A stretch of 64,000 bases of DNA from Theionarchaea archaeon. Lineage in GTDB: Archaea; Methanobacteriota_B; Thermococci; Methanofastidiosales; SZ-28-30. The translations under genes and the position numbers were made by a program. This document shows, piece by piece, positions 38,012-48,291 of the stretch (positions within the stretch are counted from its first letter, which is position 1; each line of letters starts with the position of its first letter). The notes below the pieces were generated by a model. The model made no database searches, was not told where the DNA came from, and was given only the letters and a program-made list of their open reading frames with translations. Where the stretch lies: contig JACVGT010000008.1 of assembly GCA_018992685.1 (NCBI GenBank), positions 1 through 64,000 on the forward strand, given 5' to 3'.

Positions 38012-39691
38012 ATGGAAGCCCTTACCATTATCAAAAAATACACCTTAATGAATGCTTTAGAATACCAGGGGACAGCGTCTGCAAAAGCTGTCATGGGAAA
38101 AGTCATGGGGGAGAGCGAAGAACTCCGAAGAGACCCCAAGAGGACCATGCAATTAATCCAGGAGGAAGTCATAAAAATCAATCAACTGAATAAAGAAGAA
38201 CAGGAGTCAGAATTAAAAAAGATCTACCCAGAATATTTTCAGGAGAAAGAAGTCAAAGAAAAAAAGGAATTGCCCCCTTTGCCAGATGTCGATCACGTCG
38301 TTACCAGATTACCACCAGAACCCAATGGCCTCCCCCATATTGGGCACGGGCTATCTTTCTACTTCAACTACTACTATGCCCGAAGGTATAATGGCACCGT
38401 CATTTTGCGCTTTGATGACACAAACCCTGAAAAAGAAGAGCTTCTCTACTACGAAAAGATGAAGGAAGGAATTACCTGGCTGAAAATCGACTGGGACAAA
38501 GAACACTACGAATCTGGTGATCTTCCACTATTCTATGACTATGCTGAAAAAATGATTACCAGTGGGGATGCGTACATTTGTTTCTGCCCCCAGTCTAGGA
38601 TCAAGACCGACAGGTATCACATGAGAGAATGCGGGTGCAGAAAGCGAAATGTTTCAGAGAATGTACAATTGTGGAAGGAAATGCTTTCTGGTACGAAGTA
38701 CATCCTCCGATTAAAAGGAGACATGAAAGCTCCTGATTCACAAATGAGAGATCCCACCCTGTTTCGAGTGGTCACTGCTCCCCATCCCATCCAAAAGGAG
38801 AAATACTGTGTGTGGCCCACCTATGATTTCGCCTGCGCTATTGAAGATTCAGTACTGGGTATCACACACGTCCTGCGGTCCAACGAGTTCCACACACGTC
38901 TGCAGAACTACATCAGGGACGCCTTGGGGATGCGACACCCTGTTATCATCCAGTACTCCCGGTTCAACGTCAGAGGTTCACCCGCTTCCAAGAGACAACT
39001 GAGACCCTTGATTGCCCAGGGACTGGTTGAAGGCTGGGATGATATTCGATTGACGACCTTGGTTGCCCTGAAAAGACGCGGCATCGTTCCTGAGACAATT
39101 CACGCTCTGGCCAAAGAGATGGGACTCTCGACGTCAGAGCCGGAGATTGACTGGTCGATTATCGAAGCACTAAACAGGAAAATCATTGATCCCACTGCTA
39201 GAAGGTACTTCTTTGTTCCGAATCCTATCAAGATCACAGTTGAAGGTGCTCCTTCAATAACGGTGAAGCTCAAGCTGCATCCAGACATAGACTACGGAAA
39301 CAGAGAGATAACCACTGGTGGAGTATTCTTCGTGCCCAGATCAGATATTGCAGCTATCAAAGATGAATTCAGGCTCAAGGACCTGTTCAATGTACGTGTT
39401 ACTGGAAAAGGAGAAGAGATCCAGGGAGAGTTTGCAGGAAAGGAAGTCAAGAAAGACCTCGAGAAGATACAGTGGGTCACTGACGATCATGTCAAGGTGC
39501 GAGTCCTTGTCCCTCACGAGCTGTTCAAAGAGGGAGAGTTCAATCCTGATAGTCTTGAGGTGATTGAAGGACTGGCTGAAAAAGCAGCGGGGGAGCTTCC
39601 CGTGGGTGAGATTGTGCAGTTTGAACGGTTTGGATTCTGCCGGATTGATAGGACTGGAGAAGAGATTACTGCATGTTTTGCTCATCGATAG
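38012..39691 (+). CDS. gltX: Glutamate--tRNA ligase, archaeal type
   Basis: TRLPPEPNGLPHIGH, LRFDDTNP, RDP.LFR, PTYDFAC, GWDD.RL, QFERFGF. Confidence 0.95.
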   Translation: MEALTIIKKYTLMNALEYQGTASAKAVMGKVMGESEELRRDPKRTMQLIQEEVIKINQLNKEEQESELKKIYPEYFQEKEVKEKKELPPLPDVDHVVTRLPPEPNGLPHIGHGLSFYFNYYYARRYNGTVILRFDDTNPEKEELLYYEKMKEGITWLKIDWDKEHYESGDLPLFYDYAEKMITSGDAYICFCPQSRIKTDRYHMRECGCRKRNVSENVQLWKEMLSGTKYILRLKGDMKAPDSQMRDPTLFRVVTAPHPIQKEKYCVWPTYDFACAIEDSVLGITHVLRSNEFHTRLQNYIRDALGMRHPVIIQYSRFNVRGSPASKRQLRPLIAQGLVEGWDDIRLTTLVALKRRGIVPETIHALAKEMGLSTSEPEIDWSIIEALNRKIIDPTARRYFFVPNPIKITVEGAPSITVKLKLHPDIDYGNREITTGGVFFVPRSDIAAIKDEFRLKDLFNVRVTGKGEEIQGEFAGKEVKKDLEKIQWVTDDHVKVRVLVPHELFKEGEFNPDSLEVIEGLAEKAAGELPVGEIVQFERFGFCRIDRTGEEITACFAHR

Positions 39692-39703
39692 TGCCAGGCG
39701 AAT

Positions 39704-40645
39704 CTAGCTGTCATGGGTTTGTTTTCTCAGGAACTGATCTCTTTCTTTTTTCAACTGCTGAAGATACAGTCTCAATTGTTCAGAAAATATCTCTCTGTCT
39801 TTGGGATTTCGCGCATTCTCTATCGTGTTTATCAGTTCCTCCAGGTACGTGACCCTCCGAACCGGTATCTCAAAGTTCCCAAAATCCTTCCCCAGCTCTT
39901 CTTCAAAAATCTGTCCCATGGTGACAACTCCCATCCTTGGTGGTTTGTCAGTAGAAATGGAGAAAATATGCCTTATTCGATTGAAAAATCGCTTTGATGC
40001 TGCAGAATGACGCAATTCGTAATCAAGAATGTCAGATCTCTCATGTTCCATGCGACTTCTGCGCGGAACAGTGGTGTCTCCAGACATCCTTTGGTCCTGA
40101 TGGTCCATGACGTGGTTAAATGCATCCAGCCATTTCCTGGACAGAGATTTCCCCTTTATTTCCTTTATCGTCTCCCCCGATATTTCTCCTGCTGTGCTTC
40201 CTGCCTTCCCCCCAATGACGTCACCTATCACCTCACCGACCTTACCAGAAAGAGATTCTCCAATTCTCTCTCCTATCTCACCACCCAGTAGTCCCACGCC
40301 CAGTCCCGCTATTATGTCGAGATACAGAGTTTTTTGCGGCTTCAACAGGAACTTTCTGGTTCGGGCCACTTCATCATAGGTCACCACAATCGTGTTCTCT
40401 AATCGCTTCTTCTTGACCTTTCTCACTGCAGAAGTACGTATCTCGAAATGTTTTCTGCTCCTTCCTGCTGCTACTGAAATAAGATGAAACAATGTCCTAA
40501 TTTCGACCCTGCCAACAAAGACAAAGCGTTTGTTGGTAAGGAAGGCATCACCTGTGTTAAAATGGCCAAAGATCTTGGATTCAGAAAATTTGGCATGCGA
40601 TGAGAGTATCAGTTGCTCATCTGATTCAAGTAAAAGCTCAGCCAT
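39704..40645 (-). CDS. Hypothetical protein (PH/GRAM-like N-terminus, Gly-zipper-like segment, coiled C-terminus)
   Basis: G.AFLTNKRFVF motif; GxxxG run GVGLLGGEIGERIG...VGEVIGDVIGG. Confidence 0.55.
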   Translation of the reverse strand: MAELLLESDEQLILSSHAKFSESKIFGHFNTGDAFLTNKRFVFVGRVEIRTLFHLISVAAGRSRKHFEIRTSAVRKVKKKRLENTIVVTYDEVARTRKFLLKPQKTLYLDIIAGLGVGLLGGEIGERIGESLSGKVGEVIGDVIGGKAGSTAGEISGETIKEIKGKSLSRKWLDAFNHVMDHQDQRMSGDTTVPRRSRMEHERSDILDYELRHSAASKRFFNRIRHIFSISTDKPPRMGVVTMGQIFEEELGKDFGNFEIPVRRVTYLEELINTIENARNPKDREIFSEQLRLYLQQLKKERDQFLRKQTHDS

Positions 40646-40791
40646 ATGCTTTCCCTCACCATATGTTAAACTGTGGAGAATAAAAACATTTCCTTTCTTT
40701 ATGTCAGAGCCGAGAATATGTGGCAAAGCTATCAACTAGAGTGTAGTAGTACTCTGGTATCTCAAAAGAACAGACATTCGCCACCAGTTCC

Positions 40792-41001
40792 CTAGAGTCC
40801 CTTGAGTTTCTCCATCACTTTCTCCTTTCCGTCCTGATCCTGGAGCAATCGCTTGAGCTCTTTCCACGTTGAGCTGCAGTCTTTATACTCCACACCCACC
40901 AGGGAATGAAGTGCCCTGTCAATATCCTTCTTGTTTTCCTTGGTGACTGTGACCCCTGCCCTTTGAAAGACATCCGACATATGCCTGAAGTAACACGACA
41001 T
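40792..41001 (-). CDS. Small hypothetical protein (69 aa)
   Basis: MSCYFRHM...ENKKDID...C...WK; TATA TTTAAAT about 25 nt upstream. Confidence 0.65.
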   Translation of the reverse strand: MSCYFRHMSDVFQRAGVTVTKENKKDIDRALHSLVGVEYKDCSSTWKELKRLLQDQDGKEKVMEKLKGL

Positions 41002-41167
41002 AAACCGTTCTTGGGATTGCAGATTTAAATACATTTTGAGGAGCAATTGAATAGATTTTGTCCACCGTTCTCTTACCGTTACTGTGCAGCCTGAAATTGG
41101 GCTGAATAAGTGGTCTTCTCTAACCCGGTCAGCCAAAACCCTAATAGGCATCAGTGAAACCCACACC

Positions 41168-42259
41168 ATGAAGAGAATATTCGTTTCCATTACTCTGATT
41201 ACTCTCGTTATCACGCTTGGCTGTGAAGAACAGCAGCCCACAGGGCAGCCAGTGAACGTGACTTCCGGAAAGCTTGGAATATGGATAAATCCCAAAGAGG
41301 GCGACATGGACCATTACGATGAAGCCCTGGGCGTGGCTAGAGAGGCACAGGTTCAGCTTGCACATGTATACGTCCAATGGGGACTCGTAGAAAAGGCAAG
41401 AAACGAATATGACTGGAGGATACCCGACTACGTTCTGGGCAAGTTCGAAACGTATTGGTTTGAAGCGGTGGTGGTTATCCCCATCATTTTTACTACCAAG
41501 CTGGATGTCATGCCCTCAGACATTACGTTCACAGGATTTCAGGATCCAGAAATCGTCAGCAGGTTTGTCACGTTCACAGAACTTTTGCTGAAACGATATG
41601 GATCAACTGTGAAATACCTGATTATTGGAAATGAAGTAGACCTGTATTTATCGATGCACCCTGAGTACATCACTGATTTTAGGGCACTGGTGGAGGCTAT
41701 GGCCAGAACAAGCGATGTCCCTGTAGGGACAGAACTTGCCATTCACTCAGTAATCAAGTCCAGGACCGAAGACATTGCCCGAGACATCATAGCTGGCGAT
41801 ATGATCTTCTATACCCTCTACCCCACTGGTGAAAACTTCTCTTTCAGCCGACGTGTGGAAGAGAAAGCCGGCTACTTTAATGCCATGTTTTCCCTAGCGG
41901 GGAACAGAAAAATAGCGGTGGTAGAAACTAGTTGGAGCTCCTCTCCCAGCCTGGAAAGCTCAGAAGAGACCCAAGCCCAGTACATCAAGGAACTCTTCCA
42001 GATTCTAACGCAGAACAGAGATAGAATTGAGTTTCTCATGTGGATTACCCTCTACGACTCAATCCCACAGACCTGCGAAGAAAGTGCACGATTCTTTGTT
42101 GAAGGAGTGGATGATGAGAAGCTCACGGACACTGTGACAATGGGGAGGTTTGCAGAGTTCATATGCCACCTTGGGTTGAGGAGAGCTGACGGGACTCCAA
42201 AACCTGCCTGGTATCAGTGGTTGGCCGAAGTGGAAACATACTACGCTTCCCACCGGTAG
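41168..42259 (+). CDS. Lipoprotein, glycoside hydrolase clan GH-A-like TIM barrel
   Basis: Lipobox ITLG-C; IGNEVD (acid/base), VVETSW (nucleophile), LGLRRADGTPKPAW. Confidence 0.75.
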   Translation: MKRIFVSITLITLVITLGCEEQQPTGQPVNVTSGKLGIWINPKEGDMDHYDEALGVAREAQVQLAHVYVQWGLVEKARNEYDWRIPDYVLGKFETYWFEAVVVIPIIFTTKLDVMPSDITFTGFQDPEIVSRFVTFTELLLKRYGSTVKYLIIGNEVDLYLSMHPEYITDFRALVEAMARTSDVPVGTELAIHSVIKSRTEDIARDIIAGDMIFYTLYPTGENFSFSRRVEEKAGYFNAMFSLAGNRKIAVVETSWSSSPSLESSEETQAQYIKELFQILTQNRDRIEFLMWITLYDSIPQTCEESARFFVEGVDDEKLTDTVTMGRFAEFICHLGLRRADGTPKPAWYQWLAEVETYYASHR

Positions 42260-42396
42260 GACATATCTTCATACAGTAACCCTGGAAAGATCAATAGTTC
42301 AAACCCGCGTTTCCGACTCTACCTATCAAACAAAATCGAAAAGTATATATACTATTTCTACAGTAAATACATTGGAAATAGCAATAAGTGATATTC

Positions 42397-43917
42397 ATGA
42401 TGGAACTTGAAACCAGTGAGAAGCACATTAGAGTTTCAGACTTTCCACCCTTTGTCAGAGTGGCTCTGGATCAGAAAGCTCGGAGGAATATTTTCTCCAG
42501 AGCCATGAAGAGGGTAGGAGAAGTAAAGAGAACATATGAAAAGCCAGATAACTTTCCCGTTGAGTTATATGGAAAGAAAAAGGGAAAAATCATAAGACTA
42601 CTTTCAGAAGGACCACAATCTGCCGCTCATCTGATTGAAGCCAGTGAATTGAGTCCCAGTGCAGTGTATCATTTTCTGGGAAACCTGAACCAACAGGGGA
42701 TTCTAGAGAAGAGACAGCGCCAGTATTCTCTGAAAGAAGACGCTTTCAATGTTCTATCATTGAGCAATTTGGTTAAACTCGAAGAAGATCCCCGTTTGCG
42801 GCGAAAGTATGGCATTTCAGTCAAAGAACTGGAACTGGCATTCTATTTGTGGGACCGATTTGAAGAAGTGGCTCCCAAGGAGAGGGGCTATGCCCAGACG
42901 TACAACAGCACATACACCCTGGCAGATGCAGTGCACCGATGGAGAACAGGCCGGACAGATACGCCTATCTGGGCACTGAAAAAACTTATTGAGCTGGATG
43001 AATCTGATATATTGGATAACAGGAACAGTATCGTAAAATATCATCTTCCTCCTGGAATCCCAGTCAATCCAATGTTCCAGGGAGAATATAAGCTTCCTGT
43101 TGCAGTGGATTCAACGCTGGACAGGATCTTGATTCAACTCCTCCAGAAACTTTCAAAGAATCATCTTTACACATTCCCCAAGAAAAGAAAATGGCTGTTT
43201 GAGAACCTTCATGAAAAATTCGGTGAATTCGACGATTCTACGTCACGCCTTCCCTCAGCCATTACTGTGATTCTTAAATCGTATTACGGATTGCATCGTC
43301 TGAAGCGATCTTCAGCACGGATTCCCTCCAAAATTCCGGATAGATGGTCCACGTTAAGTCCTGTGGATCAAATGCAGGAGAAGTCCCAGCTTCTCCTGCA
43401 TATAATTTCCTTATCAAGCAAATCAAATGGCGGATTTGAAATCACATCACGTTCAGAGTCATTCCTTCAGGACATTTCCAATCTTTCCTCCGATCTAGGA
43501 CTGGGGATGCTCACAGTGCGAAAAAAGCACAAGAGACCCCATTTCAGGGCATACCTTTCTGAGAACAAGACAGTGACTCTGCGAAGGTATGCCTCATTAT
43601 CCCAAGTGTACCCGGAGTTGGATTTGTGGATGAGGATTCCTCTCAACCAGATTGCCCAGAAAATATTGGGTACCGATGGAAGTGCTCACGCCATTGAACG
43701 AGTATGCAGCGAAGAGCTTGTGCGGTTCGTGGAATCCATCATCTATTCACTGCAGAGAAAAAAGAAGTCATACACCTATCCTGCACCAGACTACATGCAG
43801 TACAAGGAGGACATCTCACACCACTTCTGGGAGAACAAAGCCCTCCCCACACCCAAGAAAGTGGAAGAGCTCCTGGAAATGCGTCAAGCTGAAGAGGAGA
43901 ATCTCCTGTACGCTTGA
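42397..43917 (+). CDS. wHTH-containing DNA-binding protein with a degenerate LAGLIDADG-like region
   Basis: ArsR-like wHTH LSPSAVYHFL..L...GIL; later segments resemble intein endonuclease blocks; strong BRE/TATA near 42337-42351. Confidence 0.6.
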   Translation: MMELETSEKHIRVSDFPPFVRVALDQKARRNIFSRAMKRVGEVKRTYEKPDNFPVELYGKKKGKIIRLLSEGPQSAAHLIEASELSPSAVYHFLGNLNQQGILEKRQRQYSLKEDAFNVLSLSNLVKLEEDPRLRRKYGISVKELELAFYLWDRFEEVAPKERGYAQTYNSTYTLADAVHRWRTGRTDTPIWALKKLIELDESDILDNRNSIVKYHLPPGIPVNPMFQGEYKLPVAVDSTLDRILIQLLQKLSKNHLYTFPKKRKWLFENLHEKFGEFDDSTSRLPSAITVILKSYYGLHRLKRSSARIPSKIPDRWSTLSPVDQMQEKSQLLLHIISLSSKSNGGFEITSRSESFLQDISNLSSDLGLGMLTVRKKHKRPHFRAYLSENKTVTLRRYASLSQVYPELDLWMRIPLNQIAQKILGTDGSAHAIERVCSEELVRFVESIIYSLQRKKKSYTYPAPDYMQYKEDISHHFWENKALPTPKKVEELLEMRQAEEENLLYA

Positions 43918-43918
43918 A

Positions 43919-45757
43919 CTACTCGCTTGTTGGAATGAGATTGGACACGCTTCTGAAGGAGGGGTTGGTTCTGGCAAGCCGCTCTCTCACCAGAGGGAAC
44001 AATTCCAGGTTGGAGTGTGGAAAATACATCGCATCCACGAACTCCTGCTGAAAGTCCTTCCGAGATGAAAGCTCCACATAGTTGACAGATTCAGAAATTA
44101 CCCGGGCCTTCTTCCTTTCTTTCACTGAAAGTAAACACAGCTTGGCCCCCACCCCCGCTGCGTTCCCTATACCCTTGATCTTCTCTGTAGGGATGTCAAA
44201 GATCAATCCGATGTCCTTTGCTGCCTCCTTGGGAATGTAGTTACCAAAGGCACCTGCCAATGCGATTTCTTCAACATCCTTCACTGTCACTCCGTACGTC
44301 TTCAGCAGAATCCTCTGGGCTGCAAAAATCGCTCCCTTGGCCAACTGGATCTCTCTCAGGTCTTTCTGAGTAACTGCAATTGCACCATTGATCACGAACG
44401 AATCGTTTTTCATCCTGGAGGCAAACCTCTCACTTGTCTGGAGCTTCCCAGCCGCATTGATCAAACCATTTCTGAGCAGCTCTGCTGTTACACTGATCAA
44501 CCCAGAGCCAGCAATTCCCTGGGGTGGCTCGTCATCAATCGTGTGGACTGTCACGTGGTCATTGATCTCCACCCGTTCGATAGCCCCGGGCGCTGCCCGC
44601 ATCCCGTATCTGATATGGGTGCCTTCAAAAGCAGGGCCTGCAGCAGTAGAACAGGCCAAAACCCTGTCCTCCGTTCCCAGAACTACTTCACAGTTTGTTC
44701 CTATATCAATAAGGAGGCGCAAACGGTCATCAAGAGGATGCGCAATGATATCTGCCACGGTATCTGCTCCCACAAATCCCGCTATCATTGGGAGCACATA
44801 CATTCGCTTTCCATACAGTGTGGAAGGAACAGACAGGGGTTCTTTCACCACAGGAATATAGGGGGAAACAGCCAGACTGCGGGGAGAAATACCCAGGAGC
44901 AGATGCTGCATGCAGGCATTTCCCGCCACTACCAGCTCATAGACTTCGCCTTTTCTTGTTCCAGCTGCATCTGCAAGTTCGGTGATAATGCCCATAAGGC
45001 AGTCTCGCAGTGATCTACGCAACCGGTCCAGATTCTCAGGATTCTGAGCAAAATTGATCCTGGAAATGACGTCATCCCCATAACTGATCTGTGGATTCAT
45101 CCTGGCCTTGACAGCGCATTGTTCTCCTGAATTTAAATCCATGAGGTAACCCACCACAGTGGTCGTTCCGACATCAAAGGCCACTCCGAAACAACGATCA
45201 CTGGTGTCACCTCTCTCGCATCCCACCAGTTCATCTCCCAGGAGAACCAGAGTGACCTCGAATTTGGAATCCCTCATGGCCACGGGTATTTGGTTCAGAG
45301 CTTCCAGGCTGACAGACCTCATATCGTACTCCATCGAGTCCCTCAGCCTCTCTACATCCGTCCTGTTGTCCTCCAGAGACGGTTCTGGGAGCTTGAGGAA
45401 GATCTTCTTGACATTGGGGGCTAATAGTATCTTTCTGGTGACCCCTTCCACCAGGATACGCTGCTTTCTGGCCAGCGATTCCTCGGGTATGTAGACAGTA
45501 AGGTTTTTGTCAACAATAGCCTGACATGCCAATCTGAACCCTCGTCTCAACTCATTCTGGGAGAAGAATTCCATTTCCTCTTCAGTGTATCCTTCGTAGC
45601 CAGATACCTGCACCTTACACTTGCCACACAACCCTTTTCCTCCACATTCAGCGCGCAGCTGGATCCCTGCGGCGTGTGCGGCCTCCAGTACTGTGTGCCC
45701 TGGTTCCACCAGAAGGCGTTTTGCTGAGGGTTGAAAGGTTACCTGAAGGCTGACCAT
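43919..45757 (-). CDS. ASKHA-type reductive activator of corrinoid proteins (RACo) with N-terminal 2Fe-2S domain
   Basis: CGGKGLCGKC...RLAC; DVGTTT, NPQISYGDDVISR, DIGTN.E, AAGPAFEG, LAGAFG. Confidence 0.92.
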   Translation of the reverse strand: MVSLQVTFQPSAKRLLVEPGHTVLEAAHAAGIQLRAECGGKGLCGKCKVQVSGYEGYTEEEMEFFSQNELRRGFRLACQAIVDKNLTVYIPEESLARKQRILVEGVTRKILLAPNVKKIFLKLPEPSLEDNRTDVERLRDSMEYDMRSVSLEALNQIPVAMRDSKFEVTLVLLGDELVGCERGDTSDRCFGVAFDVGTTTVVGYLMDLNSGEQCAVKARMNPQISYGDDVISRINFAQNPENLDRLRRSLRDCLMGIITELADAAGTRKGEVYELVVAGNACMQHLLLGISPRSLAVSPYIPVVKEPLSVPSTLYGKRMYVLPMIAGFVGADTVADIIAHPLDDRLRLLIDIGTNCEVVLGTEDRVLACSTAAGPAFEGTHIRYGMRAAPGAIERVEINDHVTVHTIDDEPPQGIAGSGLISVTAELLRNGLINAAGKLQTSERFASRMKNDSFVINGAIAVTQKDLREIQLAKGAIFAAQRILLKTYGVTVKDVEEIALAGAFGNYIPKEAAKDIGLIFDIPTEKIKGIGNAAGVGAKLCLLSVKERKKARVISESVNYVELSSRKDFQQEFVDAMYFPHSNLELFPLVRERLARTNPSFRSVSNLIPTSE

Positions 45758-46183
45758 GAAGGTACATGCTTGAGAACAGATAAAAAGCTTTGCTATCAAA
45801 TGAAGGAGGTCTATTCTGTGATATGTCCAGCAGAGAGCGTACTTTACATATATCAAGGTTCAGAGGTACCTATCATCTTCATATACCCTGAGACCTCATA
45901 CTCTACATATACCAAGGCCCCAAAGTGATATTCAGGTAGAATTTATGTCACATTATGCTTCTCATGGAGCAGAAGGAGCATACATTCCTGTTAACAGTAT
46001 TCGGTGAGCGGTGGATAATTCTCAAGGAATGTCTCCCTGGGACGCAAGGGTGAGGACTCTGAATTCGGGAAGGTCCTGGGTTCTCTATCCACCTCACCCG
46101 GTCAACCACAGGTCTGGAGACTACTCCACGATGAGCTTCAAGCTGCAAAACCTTTAATAAAGAGCTGCAACAAGAGAGAACAA

Positions 46184-46834
46184 ATGCTCGTGGGAATCGA
46201 TGAATCTGGGAGAGGGCCTGTCATAGGCCCACTGGTGGTGTGTGCTGTGGCAGTATCACCTGGCACTGTTGAAGAGCTAGAAGCATTAGACCTCCATGAT
46301 TCCAAGAAATATACGCGAAAGAAGAGGGAAGCACTTGAGCCACTCATTCTGCCCCTGGTGGACACTGAAATTGCTGAGATTTCTGCACATGAGATCGACG
46401 TCCAGAGGATGTGCAGGACCTTGAATGATATTGAAGCAGAGATGTTCGCCCAGGTGCTGACGAGGTTCTCTGATGCCCGCACCATCATTGTTGATGCCTG
46501 TGATGTAAATCCTCGACGATTTGGCGAGAAAGTGTGCCGCCATTCAGGAGTGCACAAAATCATCTCAGAACATAGAGCAGATGATACATATCCTGTTGTT
46601 TCTGCTGCTTCGATCCTTGCAAAAGTGCAGAGAGATAGAAGAATTGACGAGCTGAAAGACACGTATGGTGACTTCGGGTCTGGGTACTGTTCCGACACCA
46701 GGACTACAACATTCCTCAGAGAGTATCTTCACAGGGAGGGTACATTACCCCCCATTACTCGCTCTTCGTGGGACACAGCCAGAAGAATGCTGGAAGAGTA
46801 CTCTCAGTGTACACTTGATGAGTTCTCCCACTGA
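46184..46834 (+). CDS. rnhB: Ribonuclease HII
   Basis: GIDESGRGPVIGP, DSKK, VSAASILAKV.RD, GSGY.SD. Confidence 0.95.
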   Translation: MLVGIDESGRGPVIGPLVVCAVAVSPGTVEELEALDLHDSKKYTRKKREALEPLILPLVDTEIAEISAHEIDVQRMCRTLNDIEAEMFAQVLTRFSDARTIIVDACDVNPRRFGEKVCRHSGVHKIISEHRADDTYPVVSAASILAKVQRDRRIDELKDTYGDFGSGYCSDTRTTTFLREYLHREGTLPPITRSSWDTARRMLEEYSQCTLDEFSH

Positions 46835-46878
46835 AAAATGACTGAGATACACGTGGTAATTTCACTAGAACCTGAGAA

Positions 46879-47034
46879 TTATTCCTTCTCCTTCACCTTC
46901 TTTATGGCATTCTCCAGAAGATCGTCTGTGTCTCGTTCCCCCTTGGTCAATGCTGAGAGGGGGTCCTGAGGGGGGATCATGTCCTTCAAAGCTTCTCTGA
47001 TGTAATGGTCTCTTGCCTTTTTTCTGGAAGACAT
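46879..47034 (-). CDS. Small hypothetical protein (51 aa; not in the ORF track)
   Basis: MSSRKKARDHYIREALKDMIPPQDPLSALTKGERDTDDLLENAIKKVKEKE; purine-rich coding-like composition; TATA-like CTTAAAG about 25 nt upstream. Confidence 0.55.
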   Translation of the reverse strand: MSSRKKARDHYIREALKDMIPPQDPLSALTKGERDTDDLLENAIKKVKEKE

Positions 47035-47332
47035 ACTCTAATATTCGTTCAGAACTTTAAGAATGTTTTGATGCTGTGATTACTGTGATCTCGTCATTGG
47101 TGGACGTCTTCTTATACTCCCTGCTGGCAAAAGGGAAAAAAGAAGAATTGCAGACTGTGCCCAAATAGCAGGCGACCTTCAGAGCCAGCTGTCCATTGAT
47201 GGCTTTTCTATCCTATCTTTTCAAGAATACCTCTGATATACCCTGGGGAATGATGCAGGGAAAAAATAGGCCAAGAGAGACACGACACCCCGATTCAGAG
47301 CTGTCCTGTCTCACCTCAAAATGAAAGAGTGG

Positions 47333-48232
47333 TTATTGTCTCTTGAAAACCTTCTTGTATGTCATCATCCCTGCAAAGGCCAATGCTGTCAGGAACACGG
47401 CCAGCGGAACAAAGTATCCCAGAAATATGATGATACCTCTGATAGCTCCCAGGAACCCTTCAATTGCCTGGTCCAAAGCTCTTCTCATTCCTGACTCATG
47501 AACGACTTCCTCTGGTTCTGCCATCTGGATATAGATTGCAGAATAGCGTATCTGGGTTTCCATGTAGTTGAGAGTCCCCTGCAGGCTCTCGATTTCCCCC
47601 CGTATCCTTTCAAGCTGGGTTTCCACCCTCAACACTTCTTCCACCGTGGTGGCCATGTCCAGGATTTCCAGGTACCGCTGTTCCTGGTGTTCCAGGTTGT
47701 CAAGGCGAGCTTTCAGATCGATGTACTGCTCTGTCACGTCTTCCAGTGTAAGATTCTCCTCTTTCAGATCCCCCACAGTCTCAATGTCTTTGACTGCTTC
47801 CTCAAACCGATCCTCTGGAACCCTGATGGCGACATGACCAACTTCTCTGTCACCATACTGCTGAACTGCTGAGTCAGCAACATACCCGCCATATGTTGCA
47901 GCTATCTCCTCAACAGCTTTGAGAGCCTGGGAGTAGGAATCAACCTCCAGAGAGAGAAATGCGGTCTTGATGAGCAGCGGCTCTGAAGGAACTGAATACT
48001 GCCCACCAGTGGAAGGAAGAGGCACAGCCTCAGATTCCTTGAACAACGATGGAAAACTGAAAAAATCTCTGGAGAAAGCAGCCTCGCGGGCAACGTATAC
48101 CTCTTCAGGTGGACTTCCTGCATACCTATCTTCCTCAAGATACGAAGACTGACCAATCTGGACGACAGCCAGGAAGGCTGCCAGTACACAGCTGACAGCA
48201 ATGACACCAATCAACAATGTCTTTTCTCTCAT
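47333..48232 (-). CDS. DUF4349 domain membrane protein
   Basis: IKTA.L.LEV, GGYV, IRVP, EDVTEQYIDL.ARL; N- and C-terminal TM. Confidence 0.9.
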   Translation of the reverse strand: MREKTLLIGVIAVSCVLAAFLAVVQIGQSSYLEEDRYAGSPPEEVYVAREAAFSRDFFSFPSLFKESEAVPLPSTGGQYSVPSEPLLIKTAFLSLEVDSYSQALKAVEEIAATYGGYVADSAVQQYGDREVGHVAIRVPEDRFEEAVKDIETVGDLKEENLTLEDVTEQYIDLKARLDNLEHQEQRYLEILDMATTVEEVLRVETQLERIRGEIESLQGTLNYMETQIRYSAIYIQMAEPEEVVHESGMRRALDQAIEGFLGAIRGIIIFLGYFVPLAVFLTALAFAGMMTYKKVFKRQ

Positions 48233-48291
48233 AATTCTACTGGATTCCTCCACTATTTATAGATTTCCCTATACTTCAACTTCTATTGAAC

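Noticed and set aside
42397-43917. Intein or active homing endonuclease
   Set aside because: No splicing-block residues, no host extein and no acidic LAGLIDADG catalytic residues
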